Assembly (NCBI GenBank): GCA_963713045.1
Contig: CAVQKE010000007.1
Span: forward strand, 512,001-576,000
Length of the DNA: 64,000 nucleotides
Reading direction: 5' to 3'
Source of the DNA: an uncultured delta proteobacterium
Lineage (GTDB): Bacteria; Myxococcota; Myxococcia; Myxococcales; Myxococcaceae
A program made the position numbers and the translations under genes. Below the pieces are notes generated by a model. It had not been told where the DNA came from, did not search any database, and saw nothing but the letters and a program-made list of their open reading frames with translations. This document shows, piece after piece, positions 30,755 through 39,667 of this stretch; the stretch's first letter is position 1, and each line of letters opens with the position of its first letter.

Positions 30755-31096
30755 TCACATTTTGAAAATTGTGCGCGAAACCGTCTGCGCCGAAAGAGAA
30801 GAACGCTGCCTCTCGGCTCCCCGGGGCGTTTCAGTTCCAGACCGGCGGGGCCGACTCGCGCTCTCGGCTCCCGGTGCGTCCCCTGCCCCCAATGCCGACT
30901 CGTCGCAGCCCGGTCCGTTGTCCGCATTGGCATCTGCAGTTGGGTGGAGCGGCGAGTCGGCGATGACCGCATGGGCCGGCGGTGGCCCCTCGACCCTCTG
31001 GGGGCGAGCGGTAGCCTCACCGCACCCCGGTAGGGCGAGCACGGCAAGGTGGGCAAACAACAACGCAACAATGAACGTCAAACTGTTCTTGCTCAT
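30755..31096 (-). CDS. Small putative lipoprotein / secreted protein
   Basis: GGAG 6 nt before ATG 31096; 'MSKNSLTFIVALLFAHLAVLALPGC' signal with lipobox-like Cys; low-complexity remainder. Confidence 0.55.
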   Translation of the reverse strand: MSKNSLTFIVALLFAHLAVLALPGCGEATARPQRVEGPPPAHAVIADSPLHPTADANADNGPGCDESALGAGDAPGAESASRPRRSGTETPRGAERQRSSLSAQTVSRTIFKM

Positions 31097-31174
31097 GGGC
31101 ATCTCCAAAGGAGCCGAAGCGGCTGCGGCTCGCTGTCAACGGCGGCCGGTCAATTCACCGGCTTCACGTTGATG

Positions 31175-31202
31175 GGTACGGTCCGCCTGGAGGTTGTGAC
31201 CG
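31175..31202 (-). promoter_or_regulatory. Putative ECF promoter CGGTCACAACC-N10-CCGTACC
   Basis: The 11-nt box is identical to that at 32147-32157, with the same 10-nt spacer and a 6/7 second box; upstream of ORF 31096. Confidence 0.65.
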
Positions 31203-31263
31203 GGGGTTCCGCCGTCATGCCCGACGCCAATTCGGCGCGCCCGGCCGGTGCTAGGCTTGTTCC

Positions 31264-31839
31264 ATGGCCGGCGAAGATGAGTTGGTTCTCTCGCTGCTCG
31301 ACGCCGGAGACAGTCGGGAGGCAGCCACTGTTCTTTTGCGGACAATCGGCCCGAGCGTCATCCGTTACCTCCGCTCGCTTCTACGAGACGAAGGCGCCGT
31401 GGACGATGCCTTTTCGCTCTTCGCCGAGTGGGCTTGGACCGGACTCGGCCGGTTTCGCCGCGACTCCTCGCTTCGCACCTGGGCCTTCGGTGTCGCTTGG
31501 AACGCCGCGCGGAGGGTCAGCGATGAGGCATGGCAGAAGCGGAAGGAGCGTCTGAACACGGAGGACGCATCCAAGCTGGCCCAGGAAATCCGCGCATCGT
31601 CCAGGCTCGAGCTTGACCGACAAGCGGATAAACTCGCAGAGCTTCGTCGGGAACTTTCGGCTGATGAGCAGAATCTTCTCGTCCTGCGCATCGATCAGCA
31701 GCTGTCGTGGGAGGAGATTGGTACCATTGTTGCCAGCGGTGACACGCCGGTATCGGCCACCGTGCTGCGCAAGCGTTTCGAGCGTCTCAAGGTGCGAATC
31801 GCCCGGATGGCGCGCCAGAGAGGGCTCGTCCAGCGCTGA
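31264..31839 (+). CDS. ECF-type sigma-70 RNA polymerase sigma factor
   Basis: Region 2 'IRYLRSLLRDEGAVDDAFSLF..FRRDSSLRTWAF', region 4 'LSADEQNLLVLRIDQQLSWEEI..LRKRFERLK'. Confidence 0.92.
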   Translation: MAGEDELVLSLLDAGDSREAATVLLRTIGPSVIRYLRSLLRDEGAVDDAFSLFAEWAWTGLGRFRRDSSLRTWAFGVAWNAARRVSDEAWQKRKERLNTEDASKLAQEIRASSRLELDRQADKLAELRRELSADEQNLLVLRIDQQLSWEEIGTIVASGDTPVSATVLRKRFERLKVRIARMARQRGLVQR

Positions 31840-31887
31840 GGCCGCCGCTCTGCTGAGGGGTTCTGCCAGAGCCTTCGTTGGCCGACC

Positions 31888-32082
31888 TCACCATCCGAGC
31901 ATCCTCACCCCATCTGAGGCAGCGGCTGGCAGGCGAGCAGGCGGGGCCCGTCCTGAACTCGGCCCGAGGGCGGCCAATGACACGGCAATCGGCCGGGCGA
32001 CAAAGTTGAGGACAAAGAGCTGTCCGCAGAGGGCCAGCAGCGACAAAGGCAAAACGACCGCGAACTTACCAAAACCGTTCAC
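31888..32082 (-). CDS. Small membrane/secreted protein (64 aa)
   Basis: GGAG-tc-GTG start at 32082; 'MNGFGKFAVVLPLSLLALCGQLFVLNFVARPIAVSLAAL' hydrophobic N-terminus; preceded by the shared motif. Confidence 0.55.
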   Translation of the reverse strand: MNGFGKFAVVLPLSLLALCGQLFVLNFVARPIAVSLAALGPSSGRAPPARLPAAASDGVRMLGW

Positions 32083-32129
32083 GACTCCACCCTTCGAAGC
32101 GGCATGAGGATGCGCCGCCAGTGCACCTC

Positions 32130-32157
32130 GGTATGGAGGGCGCGCCGGTTGTGACCG
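32130..32157 (-). promoter_or_regulatory. Putative ECF promoter CGGTCACAACC-N10-CCATACC
   Basis: Near-identical to 31175-31202; 48 nt upstream of ORF 32082. Confidence 0.65.
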
Positions 32158-32346
32158 CTTGTGTGGTGAGAAACGGTATTTCGGCAGCAACGCCGCGACC
32201 GTCCCGCCCAACGAGCCAAATTGGCGCCGAGTGTCGCTCCCGGTCAGCGCTCCATGAAGAACAGGGTTAAGTCAACAGCCGCCCGGGCCGCTGCTGCTCA
32301 TCCGCGAGGCAGCTTGCTATCCTCTGTTGCCGGCCGAGGGACGTCA

Positions 32347-35055
32347 GTGACTGAGAACCCCAGTCGCGAGGGAGTCGAGCGTCCCACCTCAGAACGATGG
32401 GCTCACATCTCTACGCTGCTGGCAGAGCTCGTCCGCCAGCCCGAAGCGGAACTGGGTGAAGGTTGGGAACAGTGGCTTTTCCCCGGTGCCACCATCGGAC
32501 GGTTCGAACTGGTGCGCGAGCTTGGGCGGGGTGGTTTCGGCATCGTCTGGGAGGCCAAGGACCGAGAACTCCGCCGAGCAGTGGCCTTCAAGGCCGTCAG
32601 GGCCGGCGACCGGGCCACGTTGCGAGAGGAGGCGCTCGCCCGCGAGGCGGAGGCGGTGGCGCAGCTCGCGCATCCGAATCTCGTCACTCTCTATGATGTC
32701 GGCCGATGCGAGCACGGCCCCTACCTCGTGCTGGAGCTGCTTCGCGGTCACGCTCTCTCTGAACGCCTCGAGCATGGAGCGTTACCAGTGCCGGACACAG
32801 TGCACCTCGCCCTCGAGATTGCGAAGGGCCTGGCACACGCACATGCCGCGGGCGTGGTGCATCGCGATTTGAAGCCCGCCAACATCATCGTCTGTGAAGA
32901 CGGTCGGGTCAAAGTCCTCGACTTCGGGCTTGCCCACGCCTTCGGCCGCAAGCGCATCAGCGGGGGGACCCCGGGGTTCATGGCTCCCGAACAATGGGAA
33001 GACGCACCCGAGGACGAGCGGACCGACGTGTTTGCGCTCGGCGTTCTTCTGTACCGGGCGCTCTCCGGCGAGCTGCCCTTCGCCGGCAAGAGCTCGGAGT
33101 CAACGGCCCCGGAGCTCGAGGTAAGGGAGCTGCCTCAGCTGGGAGAACTCGTTGGAAAGATGCTCCAGAGAGAGCCGGTCCGGAGGCCTCACGCCGGTGC
33201 GGCGGTGCTCGGCGCACTCCAAGGAATCGCCAAGCTGCTCCCCGACACCAGCCTCGACACCCAGCCACGGCCCGGACCGGCGCGCATCCGAAAGCCTCGC
33301 GCCAGGCTCCGAATTGCCGTTGCGGCCGTAGCCCTCGCGCTTCTCACCACCGCTGCCTTTCTCGTCTTCCGTCCGGGGACCACGCTTCCCGCTCCCGACC
33401 GCTCGATCGCGGTGCTGCCATTCGAGAACCTCTCTTCCGAAAAGCGCGACGCCCATCTGGCTGATGGATTCCACAATGAAGTCATCACCCAGCTCGGAAA
33501 AATCCCCGGCCTCAAGGTCATTGCACGCAGCTCAGTGCTGGAGTTCCAACAGAAGGGAGACCTCCGGTCGATTGGGCAGACGCTCGGAGTGGCAACGCTT
33601 CTCGAAGGAACGGTCCGTCGGGTAGGACCGAGAGTACGCATCTCGGCAGAACTTTTCGACGCCGCCAGCGGCCGGCAGCTGTGGGCGGAGAACTACGACC
33701 GTGGCGTTGTTGACATCCTCGGAGTCCAGACCGACGTGGCGGTCGAAATCGCTCGGACGCTCGGAAATCGCCTCAGCGAGGAAGAGATGCGACTGCTGGT
33801 GCGTCCTCCGACCAAAGACGCCGAGGCCTACGATGCATACCGAGCGGCGGTCACAATTCTCCGAAGTGGGTCGCTCGGGGGTGACGAGCAGTGGAAACGC
33901 GCTGACGAGATGCTTGAGCAGGCAATCGCTCGCGATCCTTCGTTCGCTCTTGCTCAGGCCTGGCTCGCTCTCTCGGTGGTGGCTGGCGCCCACATGGGGC
34001 CGGCGTACTGCGAGAGGGCGCAAGCTCTTGCGCAGCGAGCACTGGTTCTCGAGCCCAACCTTCCCGAGGCCCTAGCGGCGGCTGGGGTTGTTCGCGGCTC
34101 TTGCACGACCGAGTTGCCCGACGCCCTTCGCGAGCTGCGAATCGCTGCAAAGGGACTCCAAAACGACGCCTATTTTCAGACCGAGATGGCCCGCGTCTTT
34201 TGGCGCGCCGGCGACGAGGCGGTCGGCGTCGAGATGTACAAACGAGCCTTCGAACTTGACCCCCGTTCGTTTCGGTCTGCAATTTTGCTGGCGAGCTACG
34301 CCTCCGCCATCGGCGACTTCTCTGACGCTGCCCGCGCGCTGGAACGCGCCCGGGAGCTGTCACCGAGCGATCTCGGAGTTGCGGCGCGCCAGGCAGAGCT
34401 GGCCGGGTTCCGAAATGGCGATTTCGAGCCGGCGCGGAAGGTGGTGGACGAAGCCCTGGTCAGAGCTCCGTCTACCCGATTCGTGCCCTATGACTTCGAG
34501 GCCATCTCGCGATGGCTTCCCGACCGCGGCTTGAGGCTCGCCGCGCAGGTGCTCGCGCACGAGGCCAGCGAGTCTGCGCCCGACACACTCATCCTTCAAC
34601 ACTGGTACCTCATCTCCGGGCGCTTGCAATTCACTCTCGGGCACCGCGAGGCGGCGCGGGCCGCGTACACCCGGGCCCTCGATGAGTTCGCAACCCAGGA
34701 GAGTTATGCCATCGCTCGGGGTGTGGCCGGGCAATGGCACCTCGGTGTGGCAGTTGCCGAGGCTGGTCTCGGGCGCGCCACCGACGCCCAGGAACATCTG
34801 CGGATCGCTCAGCCCCTCCTCAAGACTCCTCGGGGGCGCGATGAGTACCTCGAACGTTCGGCCGAGGTGGCCGTGCTCACCAACCAGCCCGACGCGGCCT
34901 TTGCCTCGCTCGGCGAGTTGTTGTCCCGCCGCCGCCGATTCACGGCCGCGGTTGCGCGGGCTGATCCATTTTATTCCTCGCTGCGCAGCAATCCGCGCTT
35001 CGAGGCATTTCAGGAAAAGCCGCCTGAGACGGTCCAAATCGGCGTGCCCTGGTAA
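32347..35055 (+). CDS. Membrane Ser/Thr protein kinase with TolB-N-like and TPR-like C-terminal region
   Basis: Hanks motifs 'GRGGFG', 'VAFK', 'HRDLKPAN', 'DFG', 'GTPGFMAPEQ'; one TM; 'SIAVLPFENLS', 'LKVIARSS', TPR-like 'AIARDPSFALA'. Start uncertain (GTG 32347 chosen). Confidence 0.93.
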   Translation: MTENPSREGVERPTSERWAHISTLLAELVRQPEAELGEGWEQWLFPGATIGRFELVRELGRGGFGIVWEAKDRELRRAVAFKAVRAGDRATLREEALAREAEAVAQLAHPNLVTLYDVGRCEHGPYLVLELLRGHALSERLEHGALPVPDTVHLALEIAKGLAHAHAAGVVHRDLKPANIIVCEDGRVKVLDFGLAHAFGRKRISGGTPGFMAPEQWEDAPEDERTDVFALGVLLYRALSGELPFAGKSSESTAPELEVRELPQLGELVGKMLQREPVRRPHAGAAVLGALQGIAKLLPDTSLDTQPRPGPARIRKPRARLRIAVAAVALALLTTAAFLVFRPGTTLPAPDRSIAVLPFENLSSEKRDAHLADGFHNEVITQLGKIPGLKVIARSSVLEFQQKGDLRSIGQTLGVATLLEGTVRRVGPRVRISAELFDAASGRQLWAENYDRGVVDILGVQTDVAVEIARTLGNRLSEEEMRLLVRPPTKDAEAYDAYRAAVTILRSGSLGGDEQWKRADEMLEQAIARDPSFALAQAWLALSVVAGAHMGPAYCERAQALAQRALVLEPNLPEALAAAGVVRGSCTTELPDALRELRIAAKGLQNDAYFQTEMARVFWRAGDEAVGVEMYKRAFELDPRSFRSAILLASYASAIGDFSDAARALERARELSPSDLGVAARQAELAGFRNGDFEPARKVVDEALVRAPSTRFVPYDFEAISRWLPDRGLRLAAQVLAHEASESAPDTLILQHWYLISGRLQFTLGHREAARAAYTRALDEFATQESYAIARGVAGQWHLGVAVAEAGLGRATDAQEHLRIAQPLLKTPRGRDEYLERSAEVAVLTNQPDAAFASLGELLSRRRRFTAAVARADPFYSSLRSNPRFEAFQEKPPETVQIGVPW

Positions 35056-35166
35056 GGCGATGGCCCGAATTCGCAGCGACCTTCAAATGCTTCGAATTCT
35101 TTGCCTCAACTGTATCGACCGCCGTGTGCTAGGGCCGCTCGGCGCCCGAGCCTGCCTTCGGGGACC

Positions 35167-36666
35167 CTAAAGTTGAAACAGACGTTCCACGTTGTGCCCC
35201 TGCTCGTCGCGGACGTGCCGGAACTCATTGGTGGTTGGGGAGTAGACGTAGTCGGCCCCCCAGGCTTCTGCGTGCTTCACGGAGCTCCGCACTGCATCAG
35301 CGACGGTCTGCACCTCTTCGGTGGTGGTGGTGGGGTGAAGCGAGATGCGCACCCAACCAGGCTTCTCGCTCAAGTCTCCCCGGTCGATTTTCTCCGTGAT
35401 TCGGTGCGACCGGTTGGGGTCCACGTGCAGGAGGTAGTGGCCGTAGGTCCCCGCGCAGGAGCACCCGCCGCGTACCTGAACGCCGAAGCGGTCGTTGAGC
35501 AGCCGCACCAGCAGGTTGTAGTGCACGTCTTCCACGTAGAACGACACAATCGGCAGGCGCTCCTCGACGTGGTCGGCCAGGATGTGGAGCCGAGGGATGG
35601 CCCGCAGCTCCGCCAGGAGGAGGCCGAGGAGCGCCTGCTCCCGTTTCCGAATGCGGGAGGTGCCCATGGCCTCCTTGAGCTGCACAGCCAGGGCGGCCTT
35701 GATGGTTTGTAGGAATCCCGGGGTGCCGCCGTCCTCGCGCGCCTCAATGTTGTCCACGAAACTGTGCTGGTGCCAAGGGTTGGTCCAGTTGACCGTCCCG
35801 CCACCGGGCTGGTCGGGCACCCGATTGTGGTACAGCTCCGAATCGAAGACGAGGACGCCGGGGCTCCCCGGACCGCCGAGGAATTTGTGTGGCGAGAAGT
35901 ATACGGCGTCGAGCTTTTCCAGCGGGTCGCCCGGATGCATGTTGATGTCCACGTAGGGAGCTGATGCGGCGAAGTCCACAAAGCAGTGGCCGCCGTGTTC
36001 GTGCATCACGCGCGCGAGCGCGTGCACGGGCGTGCGGATGCCGGTGACGTTGGAGCAGTCGGTAAAGGCGCCGAGCTTCAATGGCCGCGCCCGGTAGCGT
36101 TTCAGCGCCTCTTCCAGGTGCTCCACCGCCACCAGGCCACGGGCGTCTGGGGGAATGACTTCGACGTCCGCCACCGTCTCCAGCCAGGACGTCTGGTTGG
36201 AGTGGTGCTCCATGTGGGTGATAAAGACCACCGGTCGCAGCGCTTCGGGAAGGCTGCAAAAGGGAGCCAGCTGCTCCGGCAGGCGCAGGCCCAGCATCCG
36301 CTGGAGCTTGTTCACGACCGCCGTCATCCCCGAGCCCTGCGTAATGATGACGTCGGCGGGCCCGGCACGCACGTGCCGTTTGAGGAGCGCCTGGGCATGC
36401 TGGTAGGCGCGCGTCATCGCCACCCCGGTGGTGCTCGACTCCGAGTGGGTGTTGCCGACCAGCGGCCCGAACTGCTCCAGAAGACATTGCTCGATGGGCC
36501 GATAGAGACGGCCGCTGGCCGTCCAGTCCGCGTACAGGAGCGTCTGTTCGCCGCAGGGTCCTAGGAAGCTGTGGCGCAGGCCCACAATTCCCTCACGAAA
36601 CCGGGAAAAAAAGCGAGCGAGCGGCTCTTCCTCTGGAAGGGGCAGGTGCACGGGCCAAAGAACCAA
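35167..36666 (-). CDS. Class V PLP-dependent enzyme (cysteine desulfurase-like)
   Basis: 'YADWTASGR', 'NTHSE', 'EHHSNQTSW', 'SPHKFLGGPG', 'RGGCSCAGTYGH'. Start uncertain. Confidence 0.93.
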   Translation of the reverse strand: MVLWPVHLPLPEEEPLARFFSRFREGIVGLRHSFLGPCGEQTLLYADWTASGRLYRPIEQCLLEQFGPLVGNTHSESSTTGVAMTRAYQHAQALLKRHVRAGPADVIITQGSGMTAVVNKLQRMLGLRLPEQLAPFCSLPEALRPVVFITHMEHHSNQTSWLETVADVEVIPPDARGLVAVEHLEEALKRYRARPLKLGAFTDCSNVTGIRTPVHALARVMHEHGGHCFVDFAASAPYVDINMHPGDPLEKLDAVYFSPHKFLGGPGSPGVLVFDSELYHNRVPDQPGGGTVNWTNPWHQHSFVDNIEAREDGGTPGFLQTIKAALAVQLKEAMGTSRIRKREQALLGLLLAELRAIPRLHILADHVEERLPIVSFYVEDVHYNLLVRLLNDRFGVQVRGGCSCAGTYGHYLLHVDPNRSHRITEKIDRGDLSEKPGWVRISLHPTTTTEEVQTVADAVRSSVKHAEAWGADYVYSPTTNEFRHVRDEQGHNVERLFQL

Positions 36667-36724
36667 GTCTCACGGGTTGCCGCGTCCGCGCAAGTCTCCG
36701 CGGGCTGGCCGGCAGCCAAGTCTC
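36664..36724. repeat. Three direct copies of CAAGTCTC spaced 27 and 26 bp
   Basis: Copies start at 36664, 36691 and 36717 in the divergent intergenic region. Confidence 0.6.
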
Positions 36725-36869
36725 GAGGAACCCGTCAGACGAGGCGGCGGGTCGACTGTCACCGCTCCGGGCCTGCCTCTGCTCGTCGTCCGGACGTCGC
36801 GGCACGTCAGGGCGGCCCGCTACGGCTGTCCTCGCCTGATGAAGGCGGGCCGTAGAAGAGGTGAAGCGA

Positions 36870-37262
36870 ATGCACTTTGACTGGTGGTCGTTTATTGGAG
36901 GCAACGTCACCGGTGGCACCATCGTCGGACTGGTCCTCGAGGCTGTCTCTCGCATCGTCACGGACAGGTACGAGGACCGCCGCAAGCTCACCGACGTCAA
37001 TCGGAAGGCTCTCGATGACGGGCTCACGCTCCTCAGTCGGATGGTGATGAACCTGCACGAGCACCAACACGGCGAGAAGCGTGCGTTGATGAACTACCAG
37101 CATCACCGCGTACAACTGTTCGAATTGCAGCACCGAACCGGAGTCCCAACCATCGACACCGCCATTCAGGAAATCTGTATGGGCGAGGCTCCACTCGAAC
37201 CGCTGGTGGAAGTGCTGGAGGACCTGCGCGCCAAAATCGGGAGGCGACTCCAAAAGCCGTGA
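36870..37262 (+). CDS. Hypothetical protein with N-terminal hydrophobic segment
   Basis: GAGG RBS; protein-like composition; no family recognised. Confidence 0.65.
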   Translation: MHFDWWSFIGGNVTGGTIVGLVLEAVSRIVTDRYEDRRKLTDVNRKALDDGLTLLSRMVMNLHEHQHGEKRALMNYQHHRVQLFELQHRTGVPTIDTAIQEICMGEAPLEPLVEVLEDLRAKIGRRLQKP

Positions 37263-37442
37263 TGGCCTTCGAGGATGAGGCTCGCCCTGTTAGCCCGACG
37301 ACAACGCTCGAGTCCGCGTGCACAGCGAACGCGTGTGTCACTCGATGCTAAAGGCTAGCTTCTGGGGCAAACAGTACCTATCAGAAGCGGGCGAGTTTCG
37401 CTCTCCAGGAGCGCGGGCTCCGTCCGCCTGGAAGGAGAACCA

Positions 37443-38345
37443 ATGACGAAGGTCCAAAGTGCGTTTATCGCGGTTGCCTTCCTTGCCAGCATCGGATGCG
37501 CGACGGTTCAAGAACCATCGCTCCAGTTTCCGGCAATCGTCGATCCTCCTAGGCCAGAACATCACGCAGGCAAGGTGATTTTCGCTGAACTCGTCACGCC
37601 GGACCTCGCCGCCTCGAAGCGATTCTATGGAGAACTCTTTGGCTGGACATTCCGCGACTATGAGGCCGGTGCGAGGCACTACTGCGAGGCTTCCCTCGGT
37701 GGTCACCCAGTCGCAGGGCTGTTTCACAAGGACCTACCGGAGGGGAGCCATCGGCAGCCCTCCTGGCTGACCTACATCTCCGCGCACGATGTCGACGTGG
37801 CAACCAAGCTTGCACAGGAGAAGGGCGCGAAGGTCTTGTTCGAACCGCACGCAGTGCCCGACCGCGGTCGCGAAGCAGTCTTCGCTGATCCTCAGGGGGC
37901 CGTCTTCGCGGCACTCGCGTCGAGCAGTGGGGACCCCCCGGACGTCTTGGCGGTACCCGGAGACTGGATTTGGAGTTCGCTGATTACGAGCGATCCCAAA
38001 GCAGCTGCTTCCTTCTACGAGACACTCTTCGGTTACGCAGTCTACGACTTGCCCGCAGCGGCCGGCGCTCAGCATTTCATGCTGGCATCGGACAACTTCG
38101 CTCGCGCGAGCGTCAATAGTCTCCCTGGCACTGGGGCAGACTTCCATCCCTACTGGCTTAACTACGTACGCGTCGAGGACGCCGTAAAGATGGCCGCCAA
38201 AGTCGTGGCTCTCGGCGGTCGCGTGCTGGTCGAGCCGCGAGTTGATCGCCATGGCGGCATGATTGCGGTCGTCGCCGACCCGCAAGGGGCACCCTTCGGC
38301 CTGCTTGAATGGCAGGAGACCCAAACCAAAGAGGTGACCAAGTGA
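37443..38345 (+). CDS. VOC/glyoxalase family lipoprotein (two VOC domains)
   Basis: RBS AAGGAG; 'SIGC' lipobox; 'FYGELFGW', 'WLTYI', 'ADPQGA' repeated twice. Confidence 0.9.
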   Translation: MTKVQSAFIAVAFLASIGCATVQEPSLQFPAIVDPPRPEHHAGKVIFAELVTPDLAASKRFYGELFGWTFRDYEAGARHYCEASLGGHPVAGLFHKDLPEGSHRQPSWLTYISAHDVDVATKLAQEKGAKVLFEPHAVPDRGREAVFADPQGAVFAALASSSGDPPDVLAVPGDWIWSSLITSDPKAAASFYETLFGYAVYDLPAAAGAQHFMLASDNFARASVNSLPGTGADFHPYWLNYVRVEDAVKMAAKVVALGGRVLVEPRVDRHGGMIAVVADPQGAPFGLLEWQETQTKEVTK

Positions 38346-38638
38346 AGACGCTACTCTGGTCAGCAGGTGCCCTTTGGATTGGGTTTCTGGCGCTCATCTC
38401 CTCCGGCTGCGCTGTGAGCGGTGGAGGCTATGGGTACGACGCGCAGTACTATCAATCCTACGGCTACAACTACGGAGGCTGGGGACCTCAGTACACGGTG
38501 GCACCGGTTCGCGTCGACGTGCACGATGGCGATCATCATGACGAGCATGGTGGTGGCCAGCAAGAGCATGGCGGCGGCCGTCCGGTACCGTCTCTTCCGC
38601 CGCCGGGACACGCAGGTGGCGAGCACGACCATCATTGA
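38342..38638 (+). CDS. Small Gly/Tyr- and His-rich lipoprotein
   Basis: GTGA overlap with the VOC stop; 'LISSGC' lipobox; 'YGYNYGGWGP'; His-rich tail. Confidence 0.75.
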   Translation: MKTLLWSAGALWIGFLALISSGCAVSGGGYGYDAQYYQSYGYNYGGWGPQYTVAPVRVDVHDGDHHDEHGGGQQEHGGGRPVPSLPPPGHAGGEHDHH

Positions 38639-38905
38639 TGGACAGCTGATTCTTTTCCCACGCGGTCACCTCCTTGGCTGAAAACCTTGGAAGCCGTGCA
38701 CCGTCGCAGCTGCGCTGTGACTTAGCGAGCAGCGAAAGGCGATATCCGTTCCCCCTCGCCGCCGAACCGCGCCACTGCAGCCGGGTGGGTGCGCTGCCAC
38801 TGGACTCCGTCGGAGGAGATGCTGCCGACGAGTTAACGAGCCCACGATTTCGTCGGTACACACGCCGCGCTATTTTCGCACCAAACAATTCGGCAAGGGT
38901 GGCAC

Positions 38906-39547
38906 ATGCGAATCGGCATCCTGGGTTCCGGACTGATGGGCGGAAAGCTGGGGATTCTGTTCGCGCGCGCGGGGCACAAGGTCGTCTTCAGCTACTCGCG
39001 TCGTCGGGAGAAGCTGAAGGAGCTCGCGCGCAAGGCCGGCGCCAACGCGCGCGTAGGGACGCCGGCCGAGGCCGCGGAGGGTGCAGAGGCGCTTCTTCTT
39101 GCTGTGCATTGGTCCAAAATCGACGACGTCGTGAGCCAGGCGGGTGAGATGTCAGGCAAAATTATCGTGAGCTGTTCGCTGCCGATGAACGACAGCGACA
39201 CCGACCTCGTCGTCGCGCACACCTCCTCAGGCGCTGAACAACTCTCCCGTCGTTTACGGGGCAGTCGAGTTGCCGGCGCCTTCAACACCGTCCCCAGCGA
39301 AGTGCTGTTTGGGGTGTTCAAGGCGCGCAAGCGCGCGACCAGACCAAGCATGGTGTACTACGGCGACGACCGAGGCGCGAAGAAGGTAGCCGCCGGTCTT
39401 GCCCGTGACGTAGGTTTCGAGCCGGTGGACGCTGGACCTCTTCTTGCTGCTCGCTATGCCGAGCCCTTTGCGCTCTTGGTTGCCCGGCTCGCTTATGAGG
39501 GCAAGGGCGGTCCGGAACTGGCGTATCGATTTGAGCGGTTCCGGTGA
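38906..39547 (+). CDS. NADP oxidoreductase, F420-dependent family
   Basis: 'MRIGILGSGLMG', 'LLAVHW', 'AFNT', 'GFEPVDAGPL'. Confidence 0.9.
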   Translation: MRIGILGSGLMGGKLGILFARAGHKVVFSYSRRREKLKELARKAGANARVGTPAEAAEGAEALLLAVHWSKIDDVVSQAGEMSGKIIVSCSLPMNDSDTDLVVAHTSSGAEQLSRRLRGSRVAGAFNTVPSEVLFGVFKARKRATRPSMVYYGDDRGAKKVAAGLARDVGFEPVDAGPLLAARYAEPFALLVARLAYEGKGGPELAYRFERFR

Positions 39548-39667
39548 GCACGGGCGCGTCGCTAAGGTTTCCTCAATCGTCCATGTGCTTCTGAAGCGTT
39601 TCCTCAGGACGCGGAGGTGCTTTGTTCTCTCAGAAATGCAACCGCATCAAACTTGGAGGAACGCATC

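Noticed and set aside
36664..36724. Spaced repeats as a mini-CRISPR
   Set aside because: Repeats are only 8 nt, period is 26-27 nt, and no cas genes are present.
38760..38830. Two GCCACTG words and GGAGATGCTGCC resembling a cobalamin riboswitch
   Set aside because: The upstream GGGAA/GGTG-AA-TCC core and the GGGAAG element are missing, and the downstream gene is not B12-related.
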